Part shown: one piece after another, positions 1 through 12,259 of the stretch | Layout: each line of letters opens with the position of its first letter | Numbering within the stretch: position 1 is the first letter of the stretch | Assembly (NCBI GenBank): GCA_040285855.1 | Contig: JAUFOQ010000001.1 | Coordinates: 2,914,001 to 2,978,000, forward strand | DNA from: Eukaryota sp. GEM-RC1 | Lineage: Eukaryota | Direction: 5' to 3' | Length of the DNA: 64,000 nt | Translations under genes and position numbers: made by a program | The notes under the pieces: generated by a model | What the model was told of the DNA's origin: nothing | Seen by the model: only the letters and a program-made list of their open reading frames with translations | The model's database searches: none

Positions 1-627
1 CATTTTTCCTTTGAGAAAGATAATCATTGCACTCAAACCGCAGATATTAATGGAGCAGATGTTGTTTTTCGGTGCAATTGAATGGAATTAAACTACATAA
101 TAGAAAAACCCTGAGCGTAAAAGAGGCTTTCATTTCTATATACATAACATCGGGAAATTTATCAGTCTTCTTTATTTGAATTATCTGAATCCTGATGGTT
201 TAAGGGACTTTTACATAATACAAGAGTCCGCAATGAAAACTGGTAAAATTTGGTCAACAAAACACACATTATACAGGATATATTTGAATGGTATTTAAAA
301 AGTGCTGATCGACAACACTGTCAATGGACCATATACACAAATTTGAAAACTGGCCACTGAATGATCTCTAAGGATGTTTTAGTAGAAGCAATCATCCAAA
401 TCAGACTACATGCAGGAATTCTTCATATGACGTTCATTTGTTGTACTCTCGTAGTTCAGGAAACGCACTAAATTCTTCAAATACCACAAGAAAAAGGACA
501 AAACACAACAACCCTCCAGGGTGGAAAGCGAAATCTTGAATCATCATTAAAAGCACATTGAAGGAAATTCAATCAAAAAAAAACTTGAAGTCTCATATCA
601 ACCTTTTCCACACAAGTAACTAACGTC

Positions 628-1197
628 ATGAAGATTCTCTTCCTTATTGTTCTTGTCTTTGCTCTGACATCCGCTTGTAACTTCTCCTGTTTCCAATCTT
701 CATGTAGAACAACCGGCGGTTCAGGCGAAAGATGCCAGTGTACTACTTTAACGGATAGAGGAGTTACTAGATATCATGCTATGTGTACAGCTCGTGGTGC
801 AACGTCCTGTGAAAAGACCGATGACCTTACGGGATGTAGCATTCACGGAAATAACGCTCAATGTACTCTTACTCGTCGCACTTCAGGAGCTGCTACGTGG
901 TATGTATCTTACTGTCAGGCTAACAGTGCCTCTCGATGTTCTCAAAAGTTGGCTGGTTCTAACTGTGAAGTTGTAGGAGAGAATGCGCGTTGTACTACTG
1001 GTATTCTGTCTTATAGAGGAGCTCCTTGGATTGTACCGCTATGTCAAGCTGACAGAGCGTTGCAATGCTCTGTCAATTGTGGAACTTCTGCTTGTGATCG
1101 CGATTGTACCGGTACCGGTAAGAGAGCTGACTGTCACTGTTTTGTTCAGAGTTCAAAGACTCAAGTATTCTTAAGTGCCAAATGCAACTGTGTATAA
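628..1197 (+). CDS. Secreted cysteine-rich protein with ~4 internal repeats, function unknown
   Basis: 189-aa ATG ORF with a hydrophobic signal peptide (MKILFLIVLVFALTSA). Repeats of C-x3-G-x2-A-x-C...C-x-A-x2-A-x2-C. AATAAA lies downstream. Confidence 0.8.
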   Translation: MKILFLIVLVFALTSACNFSCFQSSCRTTGGSGERCQCTTLTDRGVTRYHAMCTARGATSCEKTDDLTGCSIHGNNAQCTLTRRTSGAATWYVSYCQANSASRCSQKLAGSNCEVVGENARCTTGILSYRGAPWIVPLCQADRALQCSVNCGTSACDRDCTGTGKRADCHCFVQSSKTQVFLSAKCNCV

Positions 1198-1306
1198 CAT
1201 TGACGTTTCTATTCATCTTAAGTCTCAGTTAACTTAGTCTCCTTACTTCAGTAAGTTGTCACTTCAGTTCTACAATGTAAATATTAATAAAAGAAAAAGC
1301 AAACTA

Positions 1307-2744
1307 CAGCATTTTGTTTAATTAGTGTGGACCACACTAATTTTCATTACTTTTTCAGCTCGTAGAAATTAGAATTAGTGTTGACCACACTAATTATAAT
1401 CCACACTAATTATAATTAAATAAAAATAGTGTGGACCACACTAATTTTCTGAAAAAAGATTTAGTGTGGATTGAAATATTTTTTTAAACGGCGTTATAAT
1501 CACTGTAGTTGGTGTTGTGTATATTCTGGGAACACTAGAAATCAGGCCCTCTCATAAGATAATTTAAAATAATTTGAACATGAAAAATACCAAAAATAAA
1601 TGTGAAATAAATATAATTAAAACAAAATAAAACCCAAATAAAAACAAAATATTATATTAGTACAGTATTTCTCGGTCACTATCGATGATTACATAATCCA
1701 TTTGATCATCCATTTCTTGTCAAAAAGGTTAGTTGACTTTCTGATTCGTATAAGTGCTCTGGCTGTGTCGCCACCACATGTGGATCTTCAGCATTAGTTC
1801 AATATTCAGCATCGTGGACGACCATGAGAATCGTTCAGTGATTATATGGCCAGATATAGTCGTTGGATTGGCTTAGAACACAGGTAAAGGCACGTTTGTG
1901 TCGGTTAGGTTCGACATTGAAATGGCAAAGTTTGAGGAAAAATGACTTGACTTTGATTCTGGGCTGAGCTTGAGTATTTCACACATCATGTTTCAAGTCA
2001 ATCAACAACCTTGAGCACGAAATTAACCGATGTATTATATAGATCAATGAAGTTTACTTTCCGACATTTTATTTATATTTATTTATATTTTGTTTTATTT
2101 TGTTTTATTTGCATGATCGCCAAAAAGGCTCAAACATAAAGAGAAATAGAAATAATTAGAATTTATATTTATTTATGAGGAGCCCTGCTACAAATCTATG
2201 GAAGTTCTTTCAATATTCTTTTTATTTACTACCAATGTGAAAATTCTAATTCACTATTACAACAAATCGTTTACTGCGTTATTAAATTGATCCGGATACT
2301 TTTTGATAATTTCTTGAAGCTCTGATTTCAACTGTTCAATTTCCCAACCTTATAACAGATTGAGATCTTCGCTTTTTGGGTTGATCAGAAGAAACATTTT
2401 GCTCATCAGAAGAGTCAGGAGCAACGTCAGGTTGAGGGTCTTCATCTGACACCAGCATTAATTCATTGTCAAACTCCACTGAATCGACTCTTTGTCGATC
2501 AAAAGCAGCTAAGATTTCTGAGCCTAGTACCATGTTAAGAAATGTTGAATAGGAAAAGCGTTTATCCGTTTACTACTGGTGCTTTCAGGTCTTATTTTTA
2601 CACATTATTGATAGAATAATAACATCCACACTAATGAATTCCAAAATTAACACTATAAAAAAGCAAGAAAATTAGAATTAGTGTGGATCACACTAATTAA
2701 AATCCACACTAATTCTTTATCCACACTAAATACACAAATTACTG
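1307..2744. mobile_element. Non-autonomous Tc1/mariner/pogo-type TIR element
   Basis: TA flanks at 1305-1306 and 2745-2746. Imperfect TIR CAGCATTTTGTTTAATTAGTGTGGA / TCCACACTAAATACACAAATTACTG. Subterminal CCACACTAATT repeats at both ends. Confidence 0.8.
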
Positions 2745-3259
2745 TACAGATGATTTTTCGCTTTATTACTAGTATGTATAACTTAAAGCTGTTAAACGAC
2801 TCCACTCAAGTTGTAACCGAATTTGGCCTGATCTACTCAAGTGACTCACGTCATGTCTTGAACTTAAGGCAAGTGGACACAATAGACACACAAATCAAAT
2901 TGCCACACATTTACTAGTCTGAAACAGGGTCTGAAAGTTGTTGCAAACTGGCACTGAGACTACTACAATGTACTGTAGTAATTCTGTACGGAGAAATGTT
3001 TTAGTCAACAATTGTTTTACTTTGTTCAAGTCGACTTGTCAGACTCACACTAGCATCAAGCTACATACATGTAAGTACATAAGGCACTTCATTCCTTCAG
3101 ACGACAAGAAACATTCATTTTTATTAGTTCTCGTTAGATGTATATGGATACAAGGTCTTCAAAGCAAAAAAATTCAGCTCTGGTCTTTGAGTGGTTGTCA
3201 AATAGATATTTGGGTGATAAGTAGACAACATTATTGAACTCACAGCCCTATCCCCTTCT

Positions 3260-3345
3260 TTGCTTTTGGCGATTTTCCGAAAATATATTATTGTGATAAT
3301 CTATTGCAATAATTTAGCTGATAAATTAGTTATTGGGGATCCCTG
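3260..3345 (-). mobile_element. Isolated terminal fragment of the CAGGGATCCCC-ended TIR family (compare 9961-11293)
   Basis: Its reverse complement matches 9961-10040 (CAGGGATCCCCAATAA..AATTTATCAGCTAAA..ATTGCAATA..ATCACAATAAT..AAATCGCC). Confidence 0.7.
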
Positions 3346-3972
3346 GTTGTGACTCACAAAATCACAAAGACATCCATTTGTGATGTGAAATTGTGATTGT
3401 TGTGATATCCAATATCACAAAGTAAACAATTTGTGATTTTGTGATGTGATTGTTTTGACATGTAATTTGTTAGATTCTACATTACCTTGTGTTTATTACT
3501 ATCATAAACAATGTTAAGTACAAGAATTCGGGTCACCAACTTAAGAGATAGAAGTAAATATTGGATCTGAAGGAGCAATTAATGCATGTTTGTTTTGTTT
3601 AAAAATAAATGTCTTAATATTCCCCATCTAACTTAGACTCCATGGAAGAACATAACTAGCTTACAGCCGCAAACTTCCTTGATGAACTGCCTTTAGTATA
3701 CGATTGGAGAGTTACGAAATCTGATAGCCCATCTGGAACGTCAACAAAGTGAAACATTTTGATTATATTACTCAAAGGTCAGACTTGGAATATTATCGGA
3801 CCTTACTGCTAAAAAGTCCAAAGGTCTTCCACATCGTGAAATTAAGCGTAAGAACAATAATTGTGATGTTGTGATGTTAAATCACAAATATCACCAAAAT
3901 ATTGCTTGTGATGTGATGTTGTGATGTGATTCTTGTGACTCACAAAATCAATTTTTGTGATTCGCAACTATG
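3346..3972. mobile_element. hAT-like MITE with TCACA/TGTGA subterminal repeats; left TIR clipped
   Basis: Left GTTGTGACTCACAAAA versus right TTTTGTGATTCGCAACTATG. Dense TGTGAT repeats at both ends. The CATAGTTG-type terminus matches that of 17066-17711. Confidence 0.7.
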
Positions 3973-4262
3973 TTATTTTCAGATATGTGATCATAACAAC
4001 ATGGTTTAAAGTAGTGACTGGAGCTGTCAATGACTCAATTGACTTCTATTTGAGACTCGTTCAACAGCTCTACTTGTTATTCACTTCGACAAGCCATGTA
4101 ATAATCATCGTGTTTTTCAATAGCAATTACACCGAATGATTACAGTAAAGACAACATATTATAACTGGGCGTGGTTTCTTTAAACAAATATCACTAGTAT
4201 AACGGAATTATAAGATCGAAAAAGTCACAATAAACAAAATATATTCCCGAGAATTTACAAAT

Positions 4263-6090
4263 TTAGAAAGAATTTTCAAATTTTGTTACAGCCAAAATGG
4301 AAAACGCTCTAGTCAAGCTATCACAACTCCAGAAAGGGAAAGGCGATTCATTAAACCCATGAAAATCTGGTTCCTTTGGAAATCCAAAGTAACTTTCCTT
4401 CAACATCTTTGCATATTGTTCACCAGAAACCTTACCCTTCATTCCATAAATCAACTCAGTCATTTCACCTTCAAAGGGCTTATGCACGTCAACCAAAGTA
4501 CCATCAAGCATTTCAGCGTGATTTCCAGGATAAGACCAAGGTAGAGTGGAAAAACCTTTAATACTACCACTGAAGAACGAATTCTCGAGTCTCTCAGAGT
4601 CAAATCGTTGGAGAATGAAGTTGTAGAGCTGTAGAATACGGTGACGAACTTCATAGGGCGTGTTTTTCAAATAAACACGTCCTCCCTCCCTTCTACCGTC
4701 AGTCCACAGATCAAGCAAAGTATTTAGAGTAAGTGCAGAACAGAAAACACGATCTCTATATTCTGGGTGATGATCTCCTTGGCCTAAAAAGTGAAAAGCA
4801 AAGCACTCATTGTCAACACAAGTCAAACCATCAATTAAAATATTGGTAAGAGTCATAGAAACATCTTCAACTCTAAGTAAAAGCTTCTTTAACACAGGAT
4901 ATTCCTGGAACAACGACGTTCTGCTTGTCCTCAACAATATAAACTTCAATCTTCCAATAAAGTCCAAAGCAGCTACTGGCGTTGGATAATAAATGAACAC
5001 CAAATCAGGACGGGAAGCAGCTCTACCAGACTTGAAAGCAAATGATAGAAAGTCAATTGTGTCAATCAGCATCTGCTCCATTGTAGGAGTCAGAAGCTCA
5101 GAAACATCTTGATGACGATTGTGATAGGAATTGATGAGGGAAACGAATCCAAACAGGAAATTACTACTGACAACAACATCAACATTGTTAACATGCAGAG
5201 GCATTGCTATTTCAGGACTCCTCGCCTTATCGTCTTCGATTGAGGCAAACCAAGTAGTGGGAAGTCTTACGGAGGATCGGTTGGTGAAGAACTCGTGGCC
5301 AAAGTAGAAAGTTCTGGGGTCTATTGTGTTGTGATCTGGACTGGTGGTTGACCAACTGTACTTTTCAATGAGTTTGCGGAGAGCGACGAAGTCAAAAGAT
5401 TGTTTTTCAATTAATTGGCAGGATTCGGAAAAATTAGAATTTTCACATATTTTGGAAATAGTTGGCAAGGAAAACGCTGGTATCATCCAAATCGCTAGGA
5501 ATGTTGAACATGTTAGGATTCATTGGCATTGGCATAAGCTCTTCAATTTTATCACATAGAAAGCCGAAATGGATCTTCTCCAACTTGTCACAGACATAGT
5601 CTTCAAAAGATTCAAATGACAGGAGAGGTTTTTTGAGATTGGTTGGGGATTGAACCCACAACTTGGAGTCCTTGTCGTATTCCTGAGGCCAGAAACAGAA
5701 GGTGGGTACTGTGGAGTCTTGGTTTTTGTCTTGGAAACGGAGTATAGCAGTGGTGGCCTCTTTGACTAGAGCCTGCGCAGAACGGAGATCGAGGGCATGG
5801 GGATCGAGTTCCAGAGTTTCAACAACGGAGTGGATGACGAAGGATGTAACAAAGGCATTGTTATCGTAAATGTTGAAGAGGTTTTCTCTCAAAATACGAT
5901 GCAGGGTACTTCCTACAAAGTTAAGATGTATTCGGCTAGGGAAACCCCCTTTGATCTTCTGGATATAGGGGAAGTCAAAATCCTGATCGTCAGGGATCTG
6001 TTCCTTTTGAAGAAGATCAAACTGTTTCTTCTGGAAAGACTGTGAGCAAACCAGTACAAAGAACGTTAATAAAACGAGTTGTGATAGCAT
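4263..6090 (-). CDS. Secreted ~610-aa protein with a DLDDTS motif, function unknown; one frameshift near 5452
   Basis: ORFs 5443-6096 and 4263-5486 overlap and join at an A-run (TTCCAAAATATGT). Signal peptide MLSQLVLLTFFVLVCS. Confidence 0.75.
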
Positions 6091-6462
6091 TTTCACAAAG
6101 ACAAAAGATAATATGTCCTTAAATAGGTTAATCTAGGTGGATCTTCTAACTCAGTTCTTGTACTGGAAGATAACTCATAGTCTACTACTGGCACTTCTAG
6201 TAGAATTTTCTTCAAACGTAACATTTTGACACTAATCAAGAGTAACAAATCGATACTTCGATCCAACATTGTATATAAGGGAATGACACAGTTAAGATTT
6301 AAAAGCTACATTGTGCTAGTACCGACTGGGAGTATGATGAACAACAGCGCTTGGCCTAGATGATCTGTTCTGTAAATTAGGTTGCTGGTGACAAGTGATG
6401 ACGAAGCAGGACCCGATTTCAAAGTCGCGTCACTTTCCTCAATTTTCCTGGCCGCTCTTATC

Positions 6463-9213
6463 ATGTCAAAAGACCATAATGATACTTCCTCCATAAACCC
6501 TGAAGTAGCCGTTGATTGTGTATGTTTTTTTGTCCCCCTTTCATCCCAGAAGACCTGCTTTCATGCACTTAGTGGTGAGGATACTCTCACAACTCTTAAT
6601 GTGACGAAGGATAAAGGATTGTCTACGTCCGAGGTAGAAACAGCTAGAGCTGAGAAAGGTACCAACGAACTGACCATGGGAAAACAGAAGAGCAAACTCG
6701 TAATCTTCCTCCTTCAGTTCCACCAGCCTCTCATCTATATACTGCTAGTTGCTGGTGTTATCACTGCCTTCTTGGATCCTCCAGACTCTGTTGCTATTTT
6801 TGGTGTAGTACTTGTAAATGCTATTGTTGGCTTCATCCAGGAAGTCAAAGCCGCCGCCGCTATCAACGCCTTGTCAAAGAAAATGGTTTCTTTTGTTACT
6901 GTGAAAAGAAACGGTCAAAAGGTCGAGATTGACGCTATAGAACTTGTTCCCGGTGATATCATGTTCTTGACCACAGGGCAGCGAGTTCCCGCTGATTGCC
7001 GCATTCTTGAAGCCAATGACTTGTCTATTGATGAATCCGCCCTCACTGGAGAATCTGTTCCTGTGATGAAAATGACTTCTCCTCTTGAAGAAAGGATTGC
7101 TCTAGGTGATCGCAAGAATATGGGCTTCTCTTCTACCATCATCACAAGAGGTGGTGGCCTAGCTGTTGTTACTGAAACTGGTGACAATACTGAGATTGGA
7201 AAGATCAATCACCTGATTCAAACTTCTACTGAGATTAAGACTCCTCTGACAGAAAAAATCAATAACTTTGCCCATGCCCTCTTGTACGCCATCATTGCTT
7301 TGTCAATCTTGTCCTACTTTTTGGCTTACTACCGTGCTAATATGGATTGGATCGACTCTTTCCATGCCTCCGTTGCCGTTGCTGTTTCTTCTATTCCAGA
7401 AGGTCTACCTGCTGCTTTGACAATTACTCTTTCTATTGGTGTCTGGAGAATGGCAAAGAGAAATGCCATCATCCGCGTTTTGCCAGCTGTTGAAACTCTT
7501 GGATCCACCTCAGTAATTTGCTCTGATAAGACCGGTACGCTTACGACTAACCAAATGACTGTTAAAGCTGTCCATGTTTGTGGTAAGACTCATGCAGTTT
7601 CTGGTGTTGGATATGCTCCTGAAGGATCAATCGAAGACATCAACGAACATGTAATCAGTGTCTTAGAAACTGGTTCTTACTGCAATGACTCTTTCATTGT
7701 CCACGAAAATAACGGTAATTATAAGTGTACTGGAGATCCTACTGAAGGTTGCCTTTTGGTGTCTGCAAGTAAAGCTGGAATTGATTCTGCCAAGCTTACC
7801 GCTGATCATCGATATGCTCAAATTCCATTTAGTTCTGAGCACATGTACATGGCTACTCTCAATAAGAACAAAGATGAAGATTATATTCTTCATGTTAAGG
7901 GTGCTTTGCAAAAACTAGAAGGTCGTTGTACTCACATTTTGTCTAACGAAGGACCAATTGAACTGACCAAGGAACTAAGTGAACAACTCAATGCAGCTGC
8001 TGACAAGGCTGCTGAAAAAGGTCTGCGTGTTCTGGCCCATTGTAGAAAGACTTTTGAAGAACCTTTAGAAAAGCTCACAGATGAAGATATTTCTGGTCTT
8101 TGTCTCTTAGGTTTCCAAGCTCTCTATGATCCTCCTCGTTCCACTGTTTTCGATGCAATTGCCTGTTGTTTATCTGCTGGAATCACCGTTAAAATGCTCA
8201 CTGGAGATCACGCCAAAACTGCCCTATCTATTGCCAAGGAAATCGGACTCACTCATAAGGAAGATACCAACGTTGTTACTGGAAATGAGTTGGACGATAT
8301 GAGTGATGAACAACTATGCAAAGTAGTGAAAACCACTCAGGTATTTGCTCGTGTTTCTCCTGAACACAAGCTTCGCATTGTTAATATTCTTCAAGGACAA
8401 GGTGAAGTTGCTGCTGTTACTGGTGATGGTACTAATGACAGTCCTGCTTTAAAACAGGCTGACATTGGTGTAGCTATGGGTCTTGCTGGAACTGATGTTG
8501 CCAAGGAAGCTGCTGATTGTGTCTTAACTGATGATGCTTTTGATACCATTGTCAATGCTGTTGAAGAAGGACGATCCGTCTTTGCCAATCTCGTTAAGTT
8601 CATCATTTGGACCATTCCTACCAATGCTGGAGAGTGCTCTGTCATCATCATTGCACTAATCTTGGGTCAGGACTTGCCTCTTCTTCCTATTCATGTCCTC
8701 TACATCAACATGGTAACAGCTGTCTGCTTGGGTCTAATGCTTGCCTTCGAACCTGCTGAGAAGGGTATAATGAAGATGAAACCTAGACGACGTGATGCTC
8801 CACTCTTTACCAGAAGTAATGTATTCAGGACCGTTATGGTATCTGCATATCTTACCACTGCTGCTTTCATTGTATTTGAATACGCTCAAAAAGAGTATGA
8901 CGTCGTTGAAGCCAACACAGCTGTCATTAACACTTTTGTAATGGTTGAAACCTTCTACTTGTTTGACTGTCGGTCCAGATCCAAGTCCTGCTTTGCAATT
9001 GGATTCTTCAAAAACAAAATGATTTTGCTTGGTGTTTCCATTCAAATGGCCATCCAATTGTTACTTGTTTATACCCCTATTATGAACACTTTATTTAACA
9101 CTAAACCTCTCCATTGGGAATTATGGGCAATTCCTGTAGGATTTGGTTTCGGTGTTTCAATCATTGTTCAACTTCACAAGTTCATTGACAAACTTCGTGC
9201 ACCTAAACAGTAA
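6463..9213 (+). CDS. P-type cation ATPase copy 1 (catalytically intact)
   Basis: TGES, PEGL, DKTGT, KGA, TGD and TGDGTND are all present. ATG at 6463. Probable 30-nt intron at 6520-6549, the same position as in the paralogs. Confidence 0.95.
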   Translation: MSKDHNDTSSINPEVAVDCVCFFVPLSSQKTCFHALSGEDTLTTLNVTKDKGLSTSEVETARAEKGTNELTMGKQKSKLVIFLLQFHQPLIYILLVAGVITAFLDPPDSVAIFGVVLVNAIVGFIQEVKAAAAINALSKKMVSFVTVKRNGQKVEIDAIELVPGDIMFLTTGQRVPADCRILEANDLSIDESALTGESVPVMKMTSPLEERIALGDRKNMGFSSTIITRGGGLAVVTETGDNTEIGKINHLIQTSTEIKTPLTEKINNFAHALLYAIIALSILSYFLAYYRANMDWIDSFHASVAVAVSSIPEGLPAALTITLSIGVWRMAKRNAIIRVLPAVETLGSTSVICSDKTGTLTTNQMTVKAVHVCGKTHAVSGVGYAPEGSIEDINEHVISVLETGSYCNDSFIVHENNGNYKCTGDPTEGCLLVSASKAGIDSAKLTADHRYAQIPFSSEHMYMATLNKNKDEDYILHVKGALQKLEGRCTHILSNEGPIELTKELSEQLNAAADKAAEKGLRVLAHCRKTFEEPLEKLTDEDISGLCLLGFQALYDPPRSTVFDAIACCLSAGITVKMLTGDHAKTALSIAKEIGLTHKEDTNVVTGNELDDMSDEQLCKVVKTTQVFARVSPEHKLRIVNILQGQGEVAAVTGDGTNDSPALKQADIGVAMGLAGTDVAKEAADCVLTDDAFDTIVNAVEEGRSVFANLVKFIIWTIPTNAGECSVIIIALILGQDLPLLPIHVLYINMVTAVCLGLMLAFEPAEKGIMKMKPRRRDAPLFTRSNVFRTVMVSAYLTTAAFIVFEYAQKEYDVVEANTAVINTFVMVETFYLFDCRSRSKSCFAIGFFKNKMILLGVSIQMAIQLLLVYTPIMNTLFNTKPLHWELWAIPVGFGFGVSIIVQLHKFIDKLRAPKQ
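6520..6549 (+). other. Spliceosomal intron, 30 nt (in frame if retained)
   Basis: GTATGT...CCCAG at the same position as the obligatory intron of copy 2. Confidence 0.75.
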
Positions 9214-9960
9214 TTCTTGAATTTATTTGTTATATAAATATTTATGTTAAATCTGATCAAATTTTAGTAGGGGTGGGCGAAAGTTAACCCACTAAAGTCA
9301 AACTAAACCGGACTAATGACGCACCAAAGTGAAACGGTAAATTCATTAGTTGCACTAACACTAAACTAACAAGCAGTTAGTCGGGTGAAAACCAAATTCA
9401 GATTCCTTTAGTCGGGTGAAAACTAAACTAACTTGAATTTTGATGCACTAAACCAGAAGTTAGTGTGAATTAACGTGCGTTAAACTAAAATTGTATAATT
9501 TGTAATTACATGTATTTCTTCAAACAACAACTTAATCATCTGTTATTCAAACAACTAATAAGATCACACTAAAACCAATAATCAATCATCTTCAACTACA
9601 TTGTACAATATCGATCATCTCCTCGGCTCAATTTCCATTATCCAACCATAATTTCAAACACAATTGACTTCTAACCATTGTGGCGGAAGGACAACTTCTC
9701 TTACGCGATACTAAGTTACCAGCACTGGCAAAAGCACTGGCAAAAACACGTGCACATGGTACAGAGATAGGTTGAATTCAATTTGAGGGGCTTTCTTGAG
9801 AGAAGAGCTGTCGGGCTCAGTGTCAGACTCAACCTCAATGAAACGAGGCTTTTTAGAAGATGGTGAATTCATTGAACTAGTTGTTATGAGGTTAAGGAGA
9901 TGTAAGACATGACATCTGATTTAGAAGCTCAAAATTATAAGATTAGTGACTCATCGTTAC

Positions 9961-11293
9961 CAGGGATCCCCAATAAATAATTTATCAGCTAAACTATTGC
10001 AATAAATATATCACAATAATGTATTTTTGGCAAATCGCCGTATCATTATTTATTGCAATTATTTCTGATAATTTCTCCCCGCTGTTTTCTGTCGTGATTC
10101 CATCAAACAAGGACATTTCAGTGTTCTTTTCAAAGATTTTTGTATCTCTTCTGTTGAAAACGTGCTTTCTCCTGTAAGCTTCTATTACTGTGACGAAAAA
10201 ACAACATATTTCAAAGCTTTCATTGATCGATCATCCGATTATGTTGCTCTTTTTTCAGATCAGCTAATTCGAACATCGTTGTTCATCTGTTCTCAAAGTT
10301 GAGACTTCGGCTGAATGATCGCAGATCCAAGTTTCACCCTTCTGCCTTTCGTGGTGAGCTCTATTTGAACGCAAACAGTAAGTACTTGAATTTCGACGCT
10401 GTGAGAGCTACTCTTTTTGAGTTAGAGTGTTTGCTAAGTTAATCAAAATAAAATTCCTTCTTCTTTTCCTATCAATTATTTATCACTGATAAATAGTAAT
10501 ATATCACAATAATTTATTTTCAGCAATTTTTTTTGTTAACCTAGAGTTTATTATAAATGTAATAAATCAAACAACTAAAATTTGATGTCATTAAAACAAC
10601 ACCCGTCGCTATCAAACCTTACAACAGCTTTGTCCTCATAAAAGGCACTCACTGCTAATAAAGCTTTGGAGATGATTAGGGGAACTGTTTTAAAAACAGT
10701 AAAAACGATCCGATTCAACCATAACGTATGATCAAAACGTTTGTTCATCCTATTTTTTACGATTTTTCCGAAATCGTTTAAAAAATTCAATGCACTTTTC
10801 CTAAACGTCCGTAAATTGAAACGGCAAAGGGCATAATTCGTACTCAACATGTTTTACATGTTTTAAAGCCATCAATGGTTTTCTGTACTTATCCTGTTTG
10901 GCCTGTTCAGAAATGTCTAAAGGAGAAGTTTCAGACGAAGCGTTCTTTAAAGATGTCTTTTTACAAACATCCACTGACACTACATCAACAACAAACAATT
11001 TGTCTGAAGAAGAAGGGACAACAACATCTGCTCTCCGTTTACCAAAAAATTGGTTCTGTTTTTCGACATTACAATTATTTTTTCTAAAGATCTTAAAAGT
11101 GGTTCAACAAATGACTCAATTTTGTAAGACTTACACATAGCATGTATTTGATCTCTTACAGCATCATGCATACACGTTCGATAAGTTATGTAGCGATTAC
11201 AACTTAACAGATGAGAAAACGTTAATTGTTTTCCACAGCTATTCAGCAATTTATGACAGAAAATATATTGCAAAATATTTTTGGACATCACTG
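9961..11293. mobile_element. TIR element with a 5-bp TSD nested in 9268-11543
   Basis: Ends CAGGGATCCCCAATAA / ATTTTTGGACATCACTG, with GTTAC directly flanking both sides. Confidence 0.75.
10530..11241 (-). mobile_element. 5'-truncated CRE-like non-LTR retrotransposon (RLE domain and 3' end)
   Basis: Encodes CGKQLTFSHLLSC, HDAVRDQ, KRRADV and VDVCKK, like the 48.1-48.9 kb element. Poly-T tail at 10527-10534. TSD TTCAGCAATTT at 10519-10529 and 11242-11252. Confidence 0.9.
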
Positions 11294-11592
11294 GTTACAA
11301 TGTAAAAACAAATTGGTTTAATTTGAGTTAACCCACACTAATTGTCTTTAGTCGAGTGAAAACTAAATTCTGATTTCCTTAGTCGGGTGAAAACTAAACT
11401 AAACTGTCATTAGTCGGGTGAATACTAAATTCTGATTTCATTAGTCACACCAAAGTTAAACCAAAGTATGTGCATCAATTGGTGCACCAAAGTTAACTTT
11501 AGTACCGGGTTAACCTACCAAATTGACTTTATGCCCACCCCTAAATTTTAGGGATTTTTTTAATTTAAAAATAGATTGTTGTAAAAATGTGA

Positions 11593-12259
11593 TCACATTT
11601 GTTTATGCAAAAGCTCAACCAAATCAAGAAGTTCCGGTGGTAGGTCTATAGAAGTTAAAGAGTAGATAGCTTTGGATAATGATCTGAGATGATTCTCAGG
11701 AAGTGGTGTTGTAGAAGTATGAAATTGTGTTAGATACATTGCAATGAGATCAAGATAGTCAGAAACTTCTACAAGTAATTCCTCTTTACTCTGGGGCTGT
11801 CCAACTAACATTTCAGCCAAATAGTCGACTTTATTAATACAATGCTCTAGAAGAACTCTTGTGTCACTGGAGGGGGAAGGAGGAGGGATATTGCATTAGC
11901 AGAAACAAGAGGAACTTGATATAGAACTGTGAAGAGAACGGAGACGGGGGAACAACAAAACAAGATATAGCCGTAGAAAAGAAGCACCCATGCGTTGTGG
12001 AAAATACCGAAGGAGAAAAGTATTCTCCCCAAACTGGTACTCTATGAATAAGCGACAGAGTAGTGACTGTTTCTGTACAAGGATTTGAAGCCAGTAGTTG
12101 GATGGCTTTGTAAATATCATCGATTTTGAGGTAAGCTGATGTATGTTGAGGAAAATCTTTGAGGAAGAGATTGATGTGATGAAGCGATCGGGAACCATGT
12201 TGAAGATTGTCAACTGTGTGTATAACAAACATCCAAAACTGATCGGATATATGATCCAT
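11593..12259 (-). CDS. Hypothetical protein (~220 aa; frameshift in a C-run near 11870)
   Basis: ORFs 11864-12259 and 11593-11820 join through an open frame (SDTRVLLEHCINKVDYLAEM) after a 1-nt correction. No recognisable domain. Confidence 0.45.

Larger units (their letters stand above)
9268..11543. mobile_element. hAT deletion derivative hosting nested insertions
   Basis: TIR TAGGGGTGGGC / GCCCACCCCTA. Perfect 8-bp TSD AATTTTAG. TTAGTCGGGTGAAAAC subterminal repeats. The minus strand at ~9640-9780 reads as a hAT C-terminal dimerisation remnant (PISVPCARVF..SAGNLVSRKRS..LCLKLWL). Confidence 0.9.

Noticed and set aside
1..530. Possible heavily decayed RT remnant on the minus strand
   Set aside because: Only vague motif resemblance with many stops. 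Not supportable without an alignment.
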